NCBI RefSeq assembly: GCF_902652985.1
Contig: NC_047023.1
Span: forward strand, 33,108,001 to 33,172,000
Reading direction: 5' to 3'
DNA from: Pecten maximus
Lineage: Eukaryota
DNA length: 64,000 nt
Part shown: piece by piece, positions 13,601 through 28,841 of the stretch
Position numbering within the stretch: position 1 is the first letter of the stretch
Layout: each line of letters begins with the position of its first letter
The notes under the pieces: model-generated
The model's input: the letters and a program-made list of their open reading frames with translations, nothing else
The model's database searches: none
Told to the model about the DNA's origin: nothing
Made by a program: the position numbers and the translations under genes

Positions 13601-16600
13601 TTATACACTCTCGCTTTCAGTCTGGTGATGATACACTCTTGCTTGCAGTCTGGTGATGATGCATTCTCGCTTTCAGTCTGGTGATGAGACACTCTCGCTT
13701 GCAGTCTGGTGATGAGACACTCTCGCTTGCAGTCTGGTGATGAGACACTCTCGCTCGCAGTCTTGTGATGAGACACTCTCGCTTGCAGTCTGGTGATGAG
13801 ACACTCTCGCTTGCAGTCTGGCGATGAGTCACTCTCGCTTGCAGTTTGGTGATAATACACTGTCGCTTGCAGTATGGTGATTATACACTCTCGCTTTCAG
13901 TCTGGTGATGATACACTCTCGCTTGCAGTCTGGTGATGAGACACTCTCGCTTGCAGACTGGTGATGATACACTCTCGCTTGCAGTATGGTGATTATACAC
14001 TCTCGCTTGCAGTCTGGTGATGATACTCTCTCGCTTGCAGACTGGTGATGATACACTCTCGCTCGCAGTCTGGTGATGAGATACTCTCGCTCGCAGTCTG
14101 GTGATGAGACACTCTCGCTCGCAGTCTGGTGATAAGACACTCTCGCTCGCAGTCTGGTGATGATACTCTCTCGCTCGCAGTCTGGTGATAATACACTCTC
14201 TCTTTCTGTCTGGTGATGAGACACTCTCGCTTGCAGACTGGTGATGATACACTCTCGCTTGCAGACTGGTGATGATACACTCTCTCTTTCTGTCTGGTGA
14301 TGAGACACTCTCGCTTGCAGACTGGTGATGATACACTCTCTCTTTCTGTCTGGTGATGAGACACTCTCGCTTGCAGACTGGTGATGATACACTCTCTCTT
14401 TCTGTCTGGTGATGAGACACTCTCGCTTGCAGACTGGTGATGAGACACTCTCGCTTGCAGTCTGGTGATTATACACTCTCGCTTGCAGTCTTGAGACACT
14501 CTCGCTTTCTGTCTGGTGATGAGATACTCTCGCTTGCAGTCTGGTAATGAGACACTCTCGCTTGCAGTCTGGTGATTATACACTCTCGCTTGCAGTCTTG
14601 AGACACTCTCGCTTTCTGTCTGGTGATGAGATACTCTCGCTTGCAGTCTGGTGATGAGACACTCTCGCTTGCAGTCTGGTGATGAGTCACTCTCGCTTGC
14701 AGTCTGGTGATGAGACACTCTCGCTCGCAGTCTGGTGATGAGATACTCTCGCTTGCAGTCTGGTAATGAGACACTCTCGCTTGCAGTCTGGTGATGAGAT
14801 ACTCTCGCTTGCAGTCTGGTGATGAGATACTCTCGCTTGCAGTCTGGTGATGAGATACTCTCGCTTGCAGTCTGGTAATGAGACACTCTCGCTCGCAGTC
14901 TGGTGATGAGACACTCTCGCTTGCAGTCTGGTGATGAGACACTCTCGCTTGCAGTCTGGTGATGAGACACTCTCGCTTGCAGTCTGGTGATGAGACACTC
15001 TCGCTTGCAGTCTGGTGATGAGATACTCTCGCTCGCAGTCTTGTGATGAGACACTCTCGCTTGCAGTCTTATGATGAGACACTCTCGCTCGCAGTCTTGT
15101 GATGAGTCACTCGCTTGCAGTCTGGCGATGAGTCACTCTCGCTTGCAGTTTGGTGATAATACACTGTCGCTTGCAGTATGGTGATTATACACTCTCGCTT
15201 TCAGTCTGGTGATGATACACTCTTGCTTGCAGTCTGGTGATGATGCATTCTCGCTTTCAGTCTGGTGATGAGACACTCTCGCTTGCAGTCTGGTGATGAG
15301 ACACTCTCGCTTGCAGTCTGGTGATGAGACACTCTCGCTCGCAGTCTTGTGATGAGACACTCTCGCTTGCAGTCTGGTGATGAGTCACTCTCGCTTGCAG
15401 TCTGGCGATGAGTCACTCTCGCTTGCAGTTTGGTGATAATACACTGTCGCTTGCAGTATGGTGATTATACACTCTCGCTTTCAGTCTGGTGATGATACAC
15501 TCTCGCTTGCAGTCTGGTGATGAGACACTCTCGCTTGCAGACTGGTGATGATACACTCTCGCTTGCAGTATGGTGATTATACACTCTCGCTTGCAGTCTG
15601 GTGATGATACTCTCTCGCTTGCAGACTGGTGATGATACACTCTCGCTTGCAGTCTGGTGATGAGATACTCTCGCTCGCAGTCTGGTGATGAGACACTCTC
15701 GCTCGCAGTCTGGTGATAAGACACTCTCGCTCGCAGTCTGGTGATGATACTCTCTCGCTCGCAGTCTGGTGATAATACACTCTCTCTTTCTGTCTGGTGA
15801 TGAGACACTCTCGCTTGCAGACTGGTGATGATACACTCTCGCTTGCAGACTGGTGATGATACACTCTCTCTTTCTGTCTGGTGATGAGACACTCTCGCTT
15901 GCAGACTGGTGATGATACACTCTCTCTTTCTGTCTGGTGATGAGACACTCTCGCTTGCAGACTGGTGATGATACACTCTCTCTTTCTGTCTGGTGATGAG
16001 ACACTCTCGCTTGCAGACTGGTGATGAGACACTCTCGCTTGCAGTCTGGTGATTATACACTCTCGCTTGCAGTCTTGAGACACTCTCGCTTTCTGTCTGG
16101 TGATGAGATACTCTCGCTTGCAGTCTGGTAATGAGACACTCTCGCTTGCAGTCTGGTGATTATACACTCTCGCTTGCAGTCTTGAGACACTCTCGCTTTC
16201 TGTCTGGTGATGAGATACTCTCGCTTGCAGTCTGGTGATGAGACACTCTCGCTTGCAGTCTGGTGATGAGTCACTCTCGCTTGCAGTCTGGTGATGAGAC
16301 ACTCTCGCTCGCAGTCTGGTGATGAGATACTCTCGCTTGCAGTCTGGTAATGAGACACTCTCGCTTGCAGTCTGGTGATGAGATACTCTCGCTTGCAGTC
16401 TGGTGATGAGATACTCTCGCTTGCAGTCTGGTGATGAGATACTCTCGCTTGCAGTCTGGTAATGAGACACTCTCGCTCGCAGTCTGGTGATGAGACACTC
16501 TCGCTTGCAGTCTTGTGATGAGACACTCTCGCTTGCAGTCTGGTGATGAGACACTCTCGCCTGCAGTCTGGTGATGAGACACTCTCGCTTGCAGTCTGGT

Positions 16601-17231
16601 GATGAGATACTCTCGCTTGCAGTCTGGTAATGAGACACTCTCGCCTGCAGTCTGGTGATGATACACTCTCGCTCGCAGTCTGGTAATGAGACACTCTCGC
16701 TCGCAGTCTGGTAATGAGACACTCTCGCCTGCAGTCTGGTGATGAGACACTCTCGCTTGCAGTCTGGTAATGATACACTCTCGCTCGCAGTCTGGTAATG
16801 AGACACTCTCGCTCGCAGTCTGGTAATGAGACACTCTCGCCTGCAGTCTGGTGATGAGACACTCTCGCTTGCAGTCTGGTGATGAGATACTCTCGCTTGC
16901 AGTCTGGTGATGAGACACTCTCGCCTGCAGTCTGGTGATGAGACACTCTCGCCTGCAGTCTGGTGATGAGATACTCTCGCTTGCAGTCTGGTGATGAGAC
17001 ACTCTCGCCTGCAGTCTGGTGATGAGACACTCTCGCCTGCAGTCTGGTGATGAGACACTCTCGCTTGCAGTCTGGTAATGAGACACTCTCACTCGCAGTC
17101 TGGTGATGAGACACTCTCGCTTGCAGTCTGATGATAACACATACCGTAGAACTCTCACGTCTCCTCTCCTTACTGATAGCCGGTCTCAGAAGTTTGGAGC
17201 TCTGTTTCTGTCCTAGGTGATGCCTCGACAT
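1650..17231 (-). CDS. Hillarin/kyphoscoliosis-peptidase(KY)/ltd-1-like transglutaminase-fold protein with C-terminal dynein-MTBD-like domain, 744 aa. Coding exons: 17231-17145, 9977-9849, 9327-9098, 8241-7119, 6290-6125, 5167-4887, 4130-3945, 1682-1650
   Basis: All junctions are GT-AG with matching phases (0,0,2,0,1,0,0); 2235 nt open to TGA at 1650-1652. Motifs: YSELFTTLSRKAGIPCVTIYGVAKG, NSWNAVYLEGSWRLLHPYW, NEFFFLTDPNQFITKCFPNDERWQLL (KY/hillarin family), Ig-like region GEYALQVF, and tail SEIRSYPKPPAPVHAVMAATFLLLG...SAGAATFYLW. The first exon (MSRHHLGQ...) and the last 11-codon exon are the least certain. Confidence 0.82.
2090..3905. repeat. Degenerate 27-bp minisatellite (cattaatagaataccaattcatagggt), interrupted by a HINE-like element
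   Basis: Near-perfect units at 3680-3810, degenerate copies at 2090-2420 and 3240-3900. Confidence 0.8.
2420..3243 (+). mobile_element. Non-autonomous Helentron-associated (HINE / pearl-CvA-like) element
   Basis: Internal ~145-160-bp tandem core units (aatatgaccgccctccccaatgatgtttcacaccaaattt), a (gacg)-like microsatellite at 3160-3192, 3' hairpin tctgacc-cttt-tggtcaga at 3212-3231 and an A-tail. This matches the typical bivalve HINE layout; family assigned from memory. Confidence 0.65.
4433..4585 (-). mobile_element. tRNA-derived CORE-SINE fragment
   Basis: Minus strand starts GGGGCCGCGATAGCTCAATCGG (tRNA-like head with A box) and ends with CORE-like gcgtccttggacaagatactttaccc. Confidence 0.55.
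10130..10850. repeat. 38-bp minisatellite (gagacacactgatacactctcgcgtgcagcctggccat), about 16-18 copies
   Basis: Period of 38 seen directly (e.g. 10323 to 10361). Related to the adjacent 28-mer by a 10-bp insertion. Confidence 0.9.
10915..11070 (-). mobile_element. SINE fragment with conserved central domain (Meta/Nin-type bivalve SINE, tentative)
   Basis: gactttatagtgctatctcactgaagcatactgccgaa...ccggtcacattatactggcaacggg...aaccagtcg resembles the central domain of molluscan tRNA-SINEs (recalled, not searched). Confidence 0.5.
11090..17135. repeat. 28-bp intronic satellite (gagacactctcgcttgcagtctggtgat), about 200 monomers, with a 1584-bp higher-order repeat x3
   Basis: Monomer is obvious. 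The variant marker gcagtcTTATgatgag recurs at 11901, 13485 and 15069; the ORF track repeats at the same 1584-bp period. Confidence 0.95.
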
Positions 17232-17949
17232 ATCAACATCTGAGAGGAAAAAGCATGAAATAAATAATTACCAAAAACCCTCAGCCCCTATGATTTTATT
17301 TTAATTCTGTTTTTCACGAATCTCTGGACTAGTTTTCAAAATTTGGTATAGGTTTTTTATTAAACTTTTTTCATTTGTTTGAGATGGGAACTTTTCAAGA
17401 TAAGGACCACTCCTCCGTTATAACAGCAGGGTACGAATTACATATACATTGTATATGTTCTAGTACAATCTTTTATTATTCAACAAAAATCTGTTCCTGT
17501 GGCCGTTTGGTTGAAAACAAATTTTTATCGTCTAGTTATTTTTCTGTTGACGTTTTGATGCTAACTGTAAATGTGTTTTAAACTGAGATCATCGAACCTT
17601 TAACCTAAAAGTCACGGGATGAAAATGTGTTCTGATACCATGGAACTGATCGTCAACCGCCCTAGAAAGCAGGGATTTTGGTGTGGTGTTCTAAACTCCT
17701 ATACTCCGTCCAGGATCTAAATAAGTCATAACAGTTAACACAATGACAAAAACTAGGGGACATGCATATCAACACACGAAAATTACTAATAGTAGGTTCA
17801 GGTAAAAAAAAAAGAAGTAAGAAAGAATTATTTATGTTTCTCTGATAAAAATGTCGTTCATAAATTAACCAGAAATCAAAAAGAAAAAGGCGAGTTGAAC
17901 TAAAGCGAGAAGACGAATAAATATAAAATAGATTCCGGTGTTGTCTTAC

Positions 17950-18131
17950 CTCTCAAAGTCCGTGTTTCCCCTGTGACCGGACTGGTATCTATTGCGATAA
18001 GCTATGACGTCATAATCATGATATGTGCCATGACGTCATAATCATTTTGTATTGATTACGCGACTCCTCCTCTTAGTAACATACACCATTCGCGTTAGGG
18101 AATCATCGTGTCGACTAATTTACCGACGGAT
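17950..18131 (-). other. Probable 5'UTR exon of the hillarin-like gene
   Basis: Strong donor GAG|GTAAGA at 17949 and candidate acceptor near 18132. When spliced to the acceptor at 17240, there is an in-frame TAG upstream of ATG 17231, consistent with a UTR. Contains two TGACGTCA palindromes. Confidence 0.4.
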
Positions 18132-18584
18132 CTATCTATATGCATGTACATGTTATTTGGTTACTTACGCACCAATTAGATTTAAATATTTAAATAAGAA
18201 CATGTTGAGGCGGCATGTAGAATTGTTTTAGTAACTGTCCGACCATTGACCATACAGCATTTTCGTGCAAACGTAATACATGCAAAATTCTAAGTTTAAA
18301 TACTATTTATCATTTGAAAATTGTCTCGAATTATGTCGATTTCAAACTAAGGTGTTTTGTTAGTGCAATAAGTTTCTTAAAAAAAAGTCATGTAATTATA
18401 ATCTAAACATGACATTAATTTACCCGGTTAAATCATCAGCCGTGTTCTGTCTTATACAAATACTTCATTTTTGGCTTCCGGTTCTATATGATAAAGTGTA
18501 ATCGTTAATTATTCATTACTCATAAAGTAGTGAGATCATAAAATACATAACCAGCTGAGGCGTGTTCACGACGGCGCGCGACTA

Positions 18585-18870
18585 TATAAGATATCTCATT
18601 TAATTGTCTTTATAAGATATATTATATGATATATCTTATATTTTATATAAGATATCTTATATCTTTTATGAGATATCTTATGTAAGATATCTTATAAAAA
18701 AATATATATAAGATATCTCATAAAAGATATAAGATATCGTATAAAGTATTTAAGATATCGTATAAAGTATATAAGATATCGTATAGAGTTTATAAGATAT
18801 CGTATAGAGTTTATAAGATATCTTATATAATTTGGGTAATCCCTGGATCGACGTTGCTCCGTGAATAAAT
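18585..18870. repeat. AT-rich array of ataagatatc units, probably the interior of a non-autonomous DNA element
   Basis: More than 10 ataagatatc(t/g) motifs with variable spacers; 21-bp period at 18730-18825. Confidence 0.6.
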
Positions 18871-18999
18871 GACAACTTGGCTTGCCATAGGCCCCCGTTA
18901 CCTTGAAAGTATGTCCATGGTAAGTATTACAAGGAAACATAAGTGCACCCTGTATCATGTGCGCCGAGTTGACCTTTGACTTAAACATAGTAACGAAGA

Positions 19000-20540
19000 A
19001 AACAGAGGCCCAAAAGGCCCGTATCGCTCACCAGAATATCATGGCAAAGCACTCTCAGAGTTTTATTACAAATATAGATGTTCTTTTTGGAGCCACCTCC
19101 CAGTACCATGCAAGGAATTTGAAATCAACTCTTTCCCCAGCTACGTACTGACCGTGGAGTCATTACACTTCTCTTTACCAATAATTAGATTTCTACTACA
19201 CGGATGGTATGTACCTAGGTCAATGAACATACAGTGTCCATGTTTTTCTCAGTTAATAATATATAGTATTTTAAAGCAATTTTGTAACACTTTTTTGAAA
19301 CTCAAAGTGGATATTACTCATATTTGCCTCACTGGGAGGCAATGGGTACGGACACGTCTGTACCGATTATATTACCTTTCTTGTTCCAAAGACAATTAAA
19401 AGCAAAATTATGCACCTATTTAACCAAATTTGACTTCTTTTATTTGGCCCCATCCCTACCTCCATGGGGATAGATAAAGTACAATATTCTGTAACCTTCG
19501 CCAAAGGATGGTGAAGACCAACCGTTCAATCCCAAGGACAGGCATGTCCTCACTTTATACAACGTAGATCCTCCTTTGAGTTTATTTGTCGAGACTGTGG
19601 TCTTATTGAATGCTAAATATGGTAGTCAGTCAATCTGCATTTTCAAATGACCACATCACACTGCAAACAAGCAGCATGGCCAAGGTAATTAACTGTCCAG
19701 CTAGGCTTTCATTACACTATAATACTGGCCAAAATTAAGAGGCCCAGATGGCCTGTATTGCTCACTTGGTTTCATGACATGTATATGAAACAAGAATGAC
19801 ATGTAAGTATATATGTGTCATCAGTCAAATATTAGGCATATTCAAAGCCATCCTAAATTGATATCTTTTGGCCCTGCCCACCATTTGTACAATTTTGAAT
19901 CCCCAGCCAATAGGGGATGCTACCAGTCAAATATGAGTAATATCCACTTTGAGTTTCAAAGAAGTTGTTTATATCAATTTAGCTTAATTGACCCCTTTTG
20001 GCCCCAACCCTCAGGCCCCTGAGCGGTCAGCCCCACCATTTGTACAGTTCCGATTTCCTGCCCAAAAGGGATGATACTAGTCAAATAAGAGGATATCCAT
20101 TGCTTCGTTTCAGAGAAGTCGTTTATATCAACAAAGCCAAATTGACCCCTTTTGGCCCTGCCGCTTAGGCCACTTGGGAGTCAACCCCACCATTTGTACA
20201 ATTTTGTTCTGTCAACCACCTAGAGATGCTTCCAGTCAAATGGACAGACGGAGGAACAATGGATGCCATGGTATGTCTTTCGGGCCAGGTGAGCTAAAAA
20301 TGACCCTGGGCATATCAGATGTCATTAAAATATTTACACATTTGACCCCTGTGACCTTGAAAGTGAGTCAAGGTTGGTCATTTCAACCAACTTGATGGGT
20401 CTTCTTTCCAGTATACCACTGGCCCAATATCATGACTGGGTTTTTTTGGTTAGTGAGAAAACAACAATTTGACACAGGATGGATGAAGGATGCTGCAACA
20501 CAGCATAAGATCACTTGATCTTCAGGCAGGTGAGCAAAAC
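19000..20540 (+). mobile_element. Cluster of HINE/pearl-like non-autonomous elements
   Basis: Two 5' heads (aacagaggcccaaaaggcccgtatcgctcacc at 19001; aagaggcccagatggcctgtattgctcacttg at 19737), ~150-bp core repeats at 19870-20240, and 3' ends ccaggtgagctaaaaa (20300) and caggtgagcaaaac (20540). Confidence 0.6.
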
Positions 20541-23500
20541 ATCACACTGGATATGTTATATTTTAGAATGTGATTTATTCCAGCTTCACTGTACAATGAT
20601 TATCATGTCACCATTTGGTACTAGTAGTAGTACCCCTCTAACACTTCTGTAGTACAGCAAAATAATATATACACCACCTTTTTATCAGTACCCTCACAAT
20701 AAAAATGTCACATTATAGTAATAATGATGATGGAAAAATTCTATGACTTTTTTTTTTGGTATTTTTATATAAAAACCAACATTATAATTCATGGTAGATT
20801 TAAGCTTCCACCATTTTATCTAAAACCAGAGACTAAGCATGTCAAAAACAAAAATCTTTTTAAATCATAAGAATGAATGTGAAGATTAGAAATATACACA
20901 ATATTTACAAATATTTTAAACTAATTATATTTTACAAGATTAATATTGTCTTGTATTGGTTGAAATTTAAATATGATTTTCACCAAAGCATGAATATTCA
21001 TGGTGGTTTTTTTTTTAATCCTTAACAACTTCATCAATCCTAGCTGATGATTCCCCCCTCTCCCCCTTTTTTTTTTACTATCTCTTTTTTTTTTCAAAGT
21101 AACACCATGTAACATGACATCAAGTATGGTGAATCTGGTGCTCTGATATGAAGACATACTAGAGATACAATGATAGTCATTCCTCACTGGATAAATACGG
21201 TAAAACACATTTACAACAAACATAAAAAAACTTTCATTCAATACACAATCATTTTCACTCTTACCAATTTTAATAACAAATTGCAAATTTGTTATCGGAA
21301 ATGATAATCACACCAAAACAGTTATTTTGGTGACCTGAACATGATTAATTTTATTGTAAATGTGTTTTAGTATATGCAATTGGTTAAGAAAAAAGTTTTC
21401 CTTCTCTTAAAAAAAAACTTGGCAAAATACACATGACAGCAACAGTTGAATAAGTTAGGGAACTTGTTCCTCCCACAAACTGTATGATACTGTGACAGTA
21501 TTTCACAGTGTGTTTGGTAGAAGTTTACTTAGTAATAAGATAATACAGCTGTAGGTTTTCCCATAATTTTTCAACTTTTATAACACATGTACATTCCTCC
21601 GAATAGATACTAAGGTCTCGTTTCACACTTGTGTCAATTCCAAGTAAAAAACTAGTAGAATTTCAGCCTCTATTTTGGTGCTATATTCCAGGTTAACACT
21701 AGAAAAGCTCAAAGCCAAAAAGTGCCAATCTTCAAATCAATGTGGTTCAGGACCAAAGAGTTCAATAGAAGGAATAACCAACACCAATGTCATATATTTA
21801 TAATGGACTTGAGCCCGGTCTAAGGGCATGCAGATAACAAACACCAATGGTAAAGACATATTTCATCACACATGACATGGTAAACAAGCTTATGTCTGTT
21901 TTAAATCCCCACCAGACATTTAGCACGAGTCAATACTGCTTTTTATACTATGCATGGTCAACAAAACAGGAAAATTTTCTTAGTAAAAAAAAATCCTTCC
22001 ATTAACATTTTTCTTATTCCAATATCAATAACAACCAACTACTACACAGGATAACAAATTCACACAAAAACATAAATATATATCTATATGTAGGACTGTC
22101 TTGTATGTGTAGCACTTCTATGAATTAATTACAAATTTAATGACATCATAAGACCTGATGTTAAGTCATACAAAAACCTGATATTACAACTCCAATTTTC
22201 AGCCACACACAGCTCCACAATCATATACACATAGATCGTCGATTCGCCATACTTTAATATCATGTACACTGAATATATGTTTGTCATATTCAAGAGGGAC
22301 TAATTCTGCTGTCATTGAAAGTACTGCAAACAGAAATATATACTCAAGAATCTAATATTTTTGTTTGAATTATAATCTCCGTGCCTTATACATTATACCT
22401 ACAGACGTATACTATATGACTATGCAGAGATAAAGCTAGGTTTTTTGGAGAAAGTGGATGCATTTTTTTTTAGCAACATCCCCACAGCCAAATATCACTA
22501 ACTCTTGCCCCAGAGAGATCCCTAGAGGTGTTGACCCTTGATTTTATATGCAGAACAGGATTTTCAAACTGGGTGCCCCTATGAACTTGTACTTTCAAGA
22601 TAAACCTAAGAAAACATGTACAAACATCACAATCATTGATATGGATTTCAATTTAATTGTTTGTGTATATAGAGTACCATATTAATGACTAAATAAGATT
22701 AAATATATATATATCCCACTTCCCTGCTGAAATCCTAAACTATTCATGTAGAATATAACTAAAAATTATGCCAGAAGGGTTAGAAACTAAATAGTACTGC
22801 TTTCTCTGAATTTTTGCTGTCAGTTCCTAACCCTCAGGGTGGAAACGTTTACCAAGAACTTTCGCAAATACCTGAATGGTATTTCTAAATCAAGAAAGCC
22901 TGATCAATGATGAGAAAAAAAAGTTTTTACCAATTTTCTTGCATCACATGATATTATATTAGTTTTCAATAAAAACATTCAAATTAACAAGTTTCAGGAG
23001 AAATAATTCAACCTTACAACATTTATATGTTACTGTGTGTGCTTGGGTATTCTATCATGCACAGGGAAAAGGGGAAAAGTTTATAATTTGCAGCTGTGAG
23101 CAATTCATAATGGACCTTCTCCCTAATAATGGTCATTATCACTAAGTATAACTTCATCTCAAATAATGACAACTTTAATCTTAAGACATATGAGAAAGAA
23201 AAGTCCTACATTACCTCGCCAGGCGTTACATTTTAGAGTGTGATAATTAAATAATCAAACTTGCTAATTAGGAATTAATACTCATTGGATGATTAACTTA
23301 AGTTTCTATATACAACATTCACGAATGTCTATTTATAGTCACAGTGACCTTGACAACAAATTTACCTCGGATGGTTCATTAAATGTATCCTCATTTAACA
23401 ATTCTGTCATTTGTCTATGGCACGTTACCATACCTCAATAAGTAACCTCTTGAGTTAGATTTTGTCATTTACAGAAATTTTTAAGAAGACAACCTCCCAA

Positions 23501-25487
23501 TATATTAACTATGCTTAGAATCATCTGTTTAAATGTATCTAGTTTATCGTTACCATATACAGTAAATAATTTTACACATTGAGGTCAAAACGAATGAGTA
23601 CAAAATATTGTTTGAAGGGAAATTTTATGGAAAATCTACACAATTGCAGCTGTTATAATATTACTACCAGAAACACTGAACTCCTTTCATCAGAATTGTT
23701 TTCAAAATTTGAAGATAAAAAAAAAGACATCTACGGTTAAAATAATAGCATGTGCTGTGAATAACGATAGATCTACTTATACATGCTTTAACAGTGAACA
23801 CCACATACACAATCCACAAACAACCAATGTAAAATTTCATGGACAGGATTCAATACCTAACCTAAATATTTCTATATATAAATTCACCCTATGATCAGCA
23901 TGTCTCACATCTACTGATGTGTGCTGTAAATGTCATTTTGGTTATCTAAATTTTTTTAGATAACTGTCTTTTTTCTAGTTTTTAGGTAATCATAATACAA
24001 AAGATGTACACACAAAGCAATACAGATCATTATCATTTGTCTTAATGATTAGCGATTATAATATACACACAAAAATACACTCATCAGAGACAAACCGTTA
24101 AGAGTTATCCCTCCCTCATGTCACACAGATAATATAGGAATCTTTGTTTTATGGGATTTAGAGCTAGATATGAACTGGTTTCCAAAGGGCGGAGAATGAC
24201 AGAAACCAAATTTCTAAGTGTACAGTTAAATATTCCGAGTAATCAAAATTTACACAACTACCATAAGATTATGATCACGAGTGTCTTGATGATATACCTA
24301 TATATGGGAGTTACTCTACATTAATAAAGTCATGCAGGAATGTTCACTATATATCTATAAATGCATATTGCAATATATTATGTCGCACACAAACTTTTTA
24401 TTTATAATTTCTAAAAATAAGTTAGAGGGTACAAGACAATAGTGGCAAAGAAAACCTGGACCAGGAAATGCCTGGTTTAATTTTAGGCAGGATTAAAAAT
24501 GGCATACAACATGTAAATTTACTACAATGTAGAGCTATTCCAATAAAAGATAAAAGTTCTAGGTTCTGTATGGAATACCAAAGGTTCAAATTATATGTAT
24601 TGGTAACTCTTGTTGTACACCTGAACTAAAATTTGGTGTATCCTGTACCAAGAACCATATTTGTGAAATTTTTGCCCTAACATGTACAATTGAATTGATC
24701 TTGTAGGAGCTAGGTACCAATGCTTACCTAGATAAGCATATATGTGTGTTATACACTTTCACACATAATTTAATAGTAAAATTATGTCTGTATGTGTCTG
24801 TTAATGAATAACCTGTGTCAGCTGATGAAATTACTTCACCAATATTACACCTTTTATATAATATACTGTGTAGTTGTGTATGCATACTACCGTACAAACT
24901 AATGAGATGCTATGAAGACAAGTGAAAACCATATGACAGACAATTCGAACTAGTCTGGAATTGAATGACCATTATGGTGAGGAATTAGGTCACATGCAAG
25001 TATGGTAATCCCTTCCCCCTCCCATAATATAACAGACTTTCACAAATTGCTTCCCCTTCCATTTCCAATACATTAATTATATCTGTCTGAACAAAATGCA
25101 AAAACATTATTCAAGAAACCATATTTTTGCTCTGTCAAACTTATAGTTCTGATTAGTTATTTTTAGTTGGTATCACTCATGTTTTCAGACTACTTTAATT
25201 AAAAGATGTAAGGTATGTTTCTTTACAATTAATTTTGAAGTCTGAAATTTCTGGGTAGGAAGTATATAGTGCTACAGCGCAAACACAACCAATGGTCACG
25301 ATATGTGTTATACACATTACCGATTACCTATTAGTATAAAAGGAAATATACTGTTGATATATTGTGCATCAATATTTTTTACCCACGAAACATCCATTCT
25401 TCAAACTTGCAAAAATGCAACAGTGATCCCACTATGTGTCATATATATACATGTATATATATATATATATATAAGGCTACAAATCTG

Positions 25488-28046
<2,559 letters not shown>

Positions 28047-28841
28047 TGTTGTCACCAAACGTTTACCAATTTATTTGCTATTGGCTAGTTATTGCTGCCA
28101 CCTTCTTTTCCGCTTTGCCAACAACAAATATGGCCGAAGAAATTATTTTGACGTAGACACGCGATTTCACGAGGTTTAATAATATATCTTAATTCATAAT
28201 AAACTATGTGACAAAAACTTATCTATGTTTGAAGATTATCGATTGAAATATGTATTACTTTTGATAAGTCAATTTAAAAAAGATTATAAAATACTAATGG
28301 CAAAAGTTGTAGTGTCTAAACTACGAATGCAAAACGGTGATGGATATCTGTGATATACCGGATCGTGGTTCCGTCATCAAGCATTTTATTTACAATATTT
28401 GCAACATTTTACATTGTTAGATATACACTACAATTACGTCCGTAGCTCTTTTGTTTTATAAATGTGACGTTTCAGGTTTATTATGTTGCTAATTTGCAAT
28501 CTCTGAATATTATTTGAACGTGTATTAAAACAAATCCGGATTTTATTCACCACCAGTTGTTTTTTGTTATCTTCCTATTAATTGTAGGCTCGCATTTTGT
28601 GTCAAGTATCTAATTAGAAATAATGAATTAATTTAAAACTCCATTCAAAATTTTTAATAAAATATTATATTATTCATAGGTCTAGCATATATATATTTAT
28701 TTATTGAGATATTACAATAAACATTACATTATATTCACTGTTGGATTACATTGTTGTCAAGGTAAACATCCATATTGCTCGGTAGGAAGCTGTTTGCAAC
28801 TAAGCAAGACTGCCTAGCTAGAAGATAAAAGAAGAGCAAAC
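28047..28841. promoter_or_regulatory. Bidirectional promoter region shared by GOLPH3 and CFAP161
   Basis: Divergent ATGs are 795 bp apart. YY1-like aaatatggccg near 28126; X-box-like gttgtcaaggtaaac (28753-28767) overlapping forkhead GTAAACA (28762-28768) upstream of the ciliary gene. Confidence 0.6.

Noticed and set aside
11090-17135. CRISPR-like appearance of the 28-39-bp repeats (also 30615-31697 and 40970-41672)
   Set aside because: Units are head-to-tail with no unique spacers, no cas genes, and the context is eukaryotic.
10072-17158. Many long overlapping ORFs (up to 493 aa; SHHQTASESVSSPDCKRECLITRLQARV repeats, Cys/His-rich)
   Set aside because: Translations of the 28/38-bp satellite, open in several frames at once and lying within an intron; not zinc fingers.
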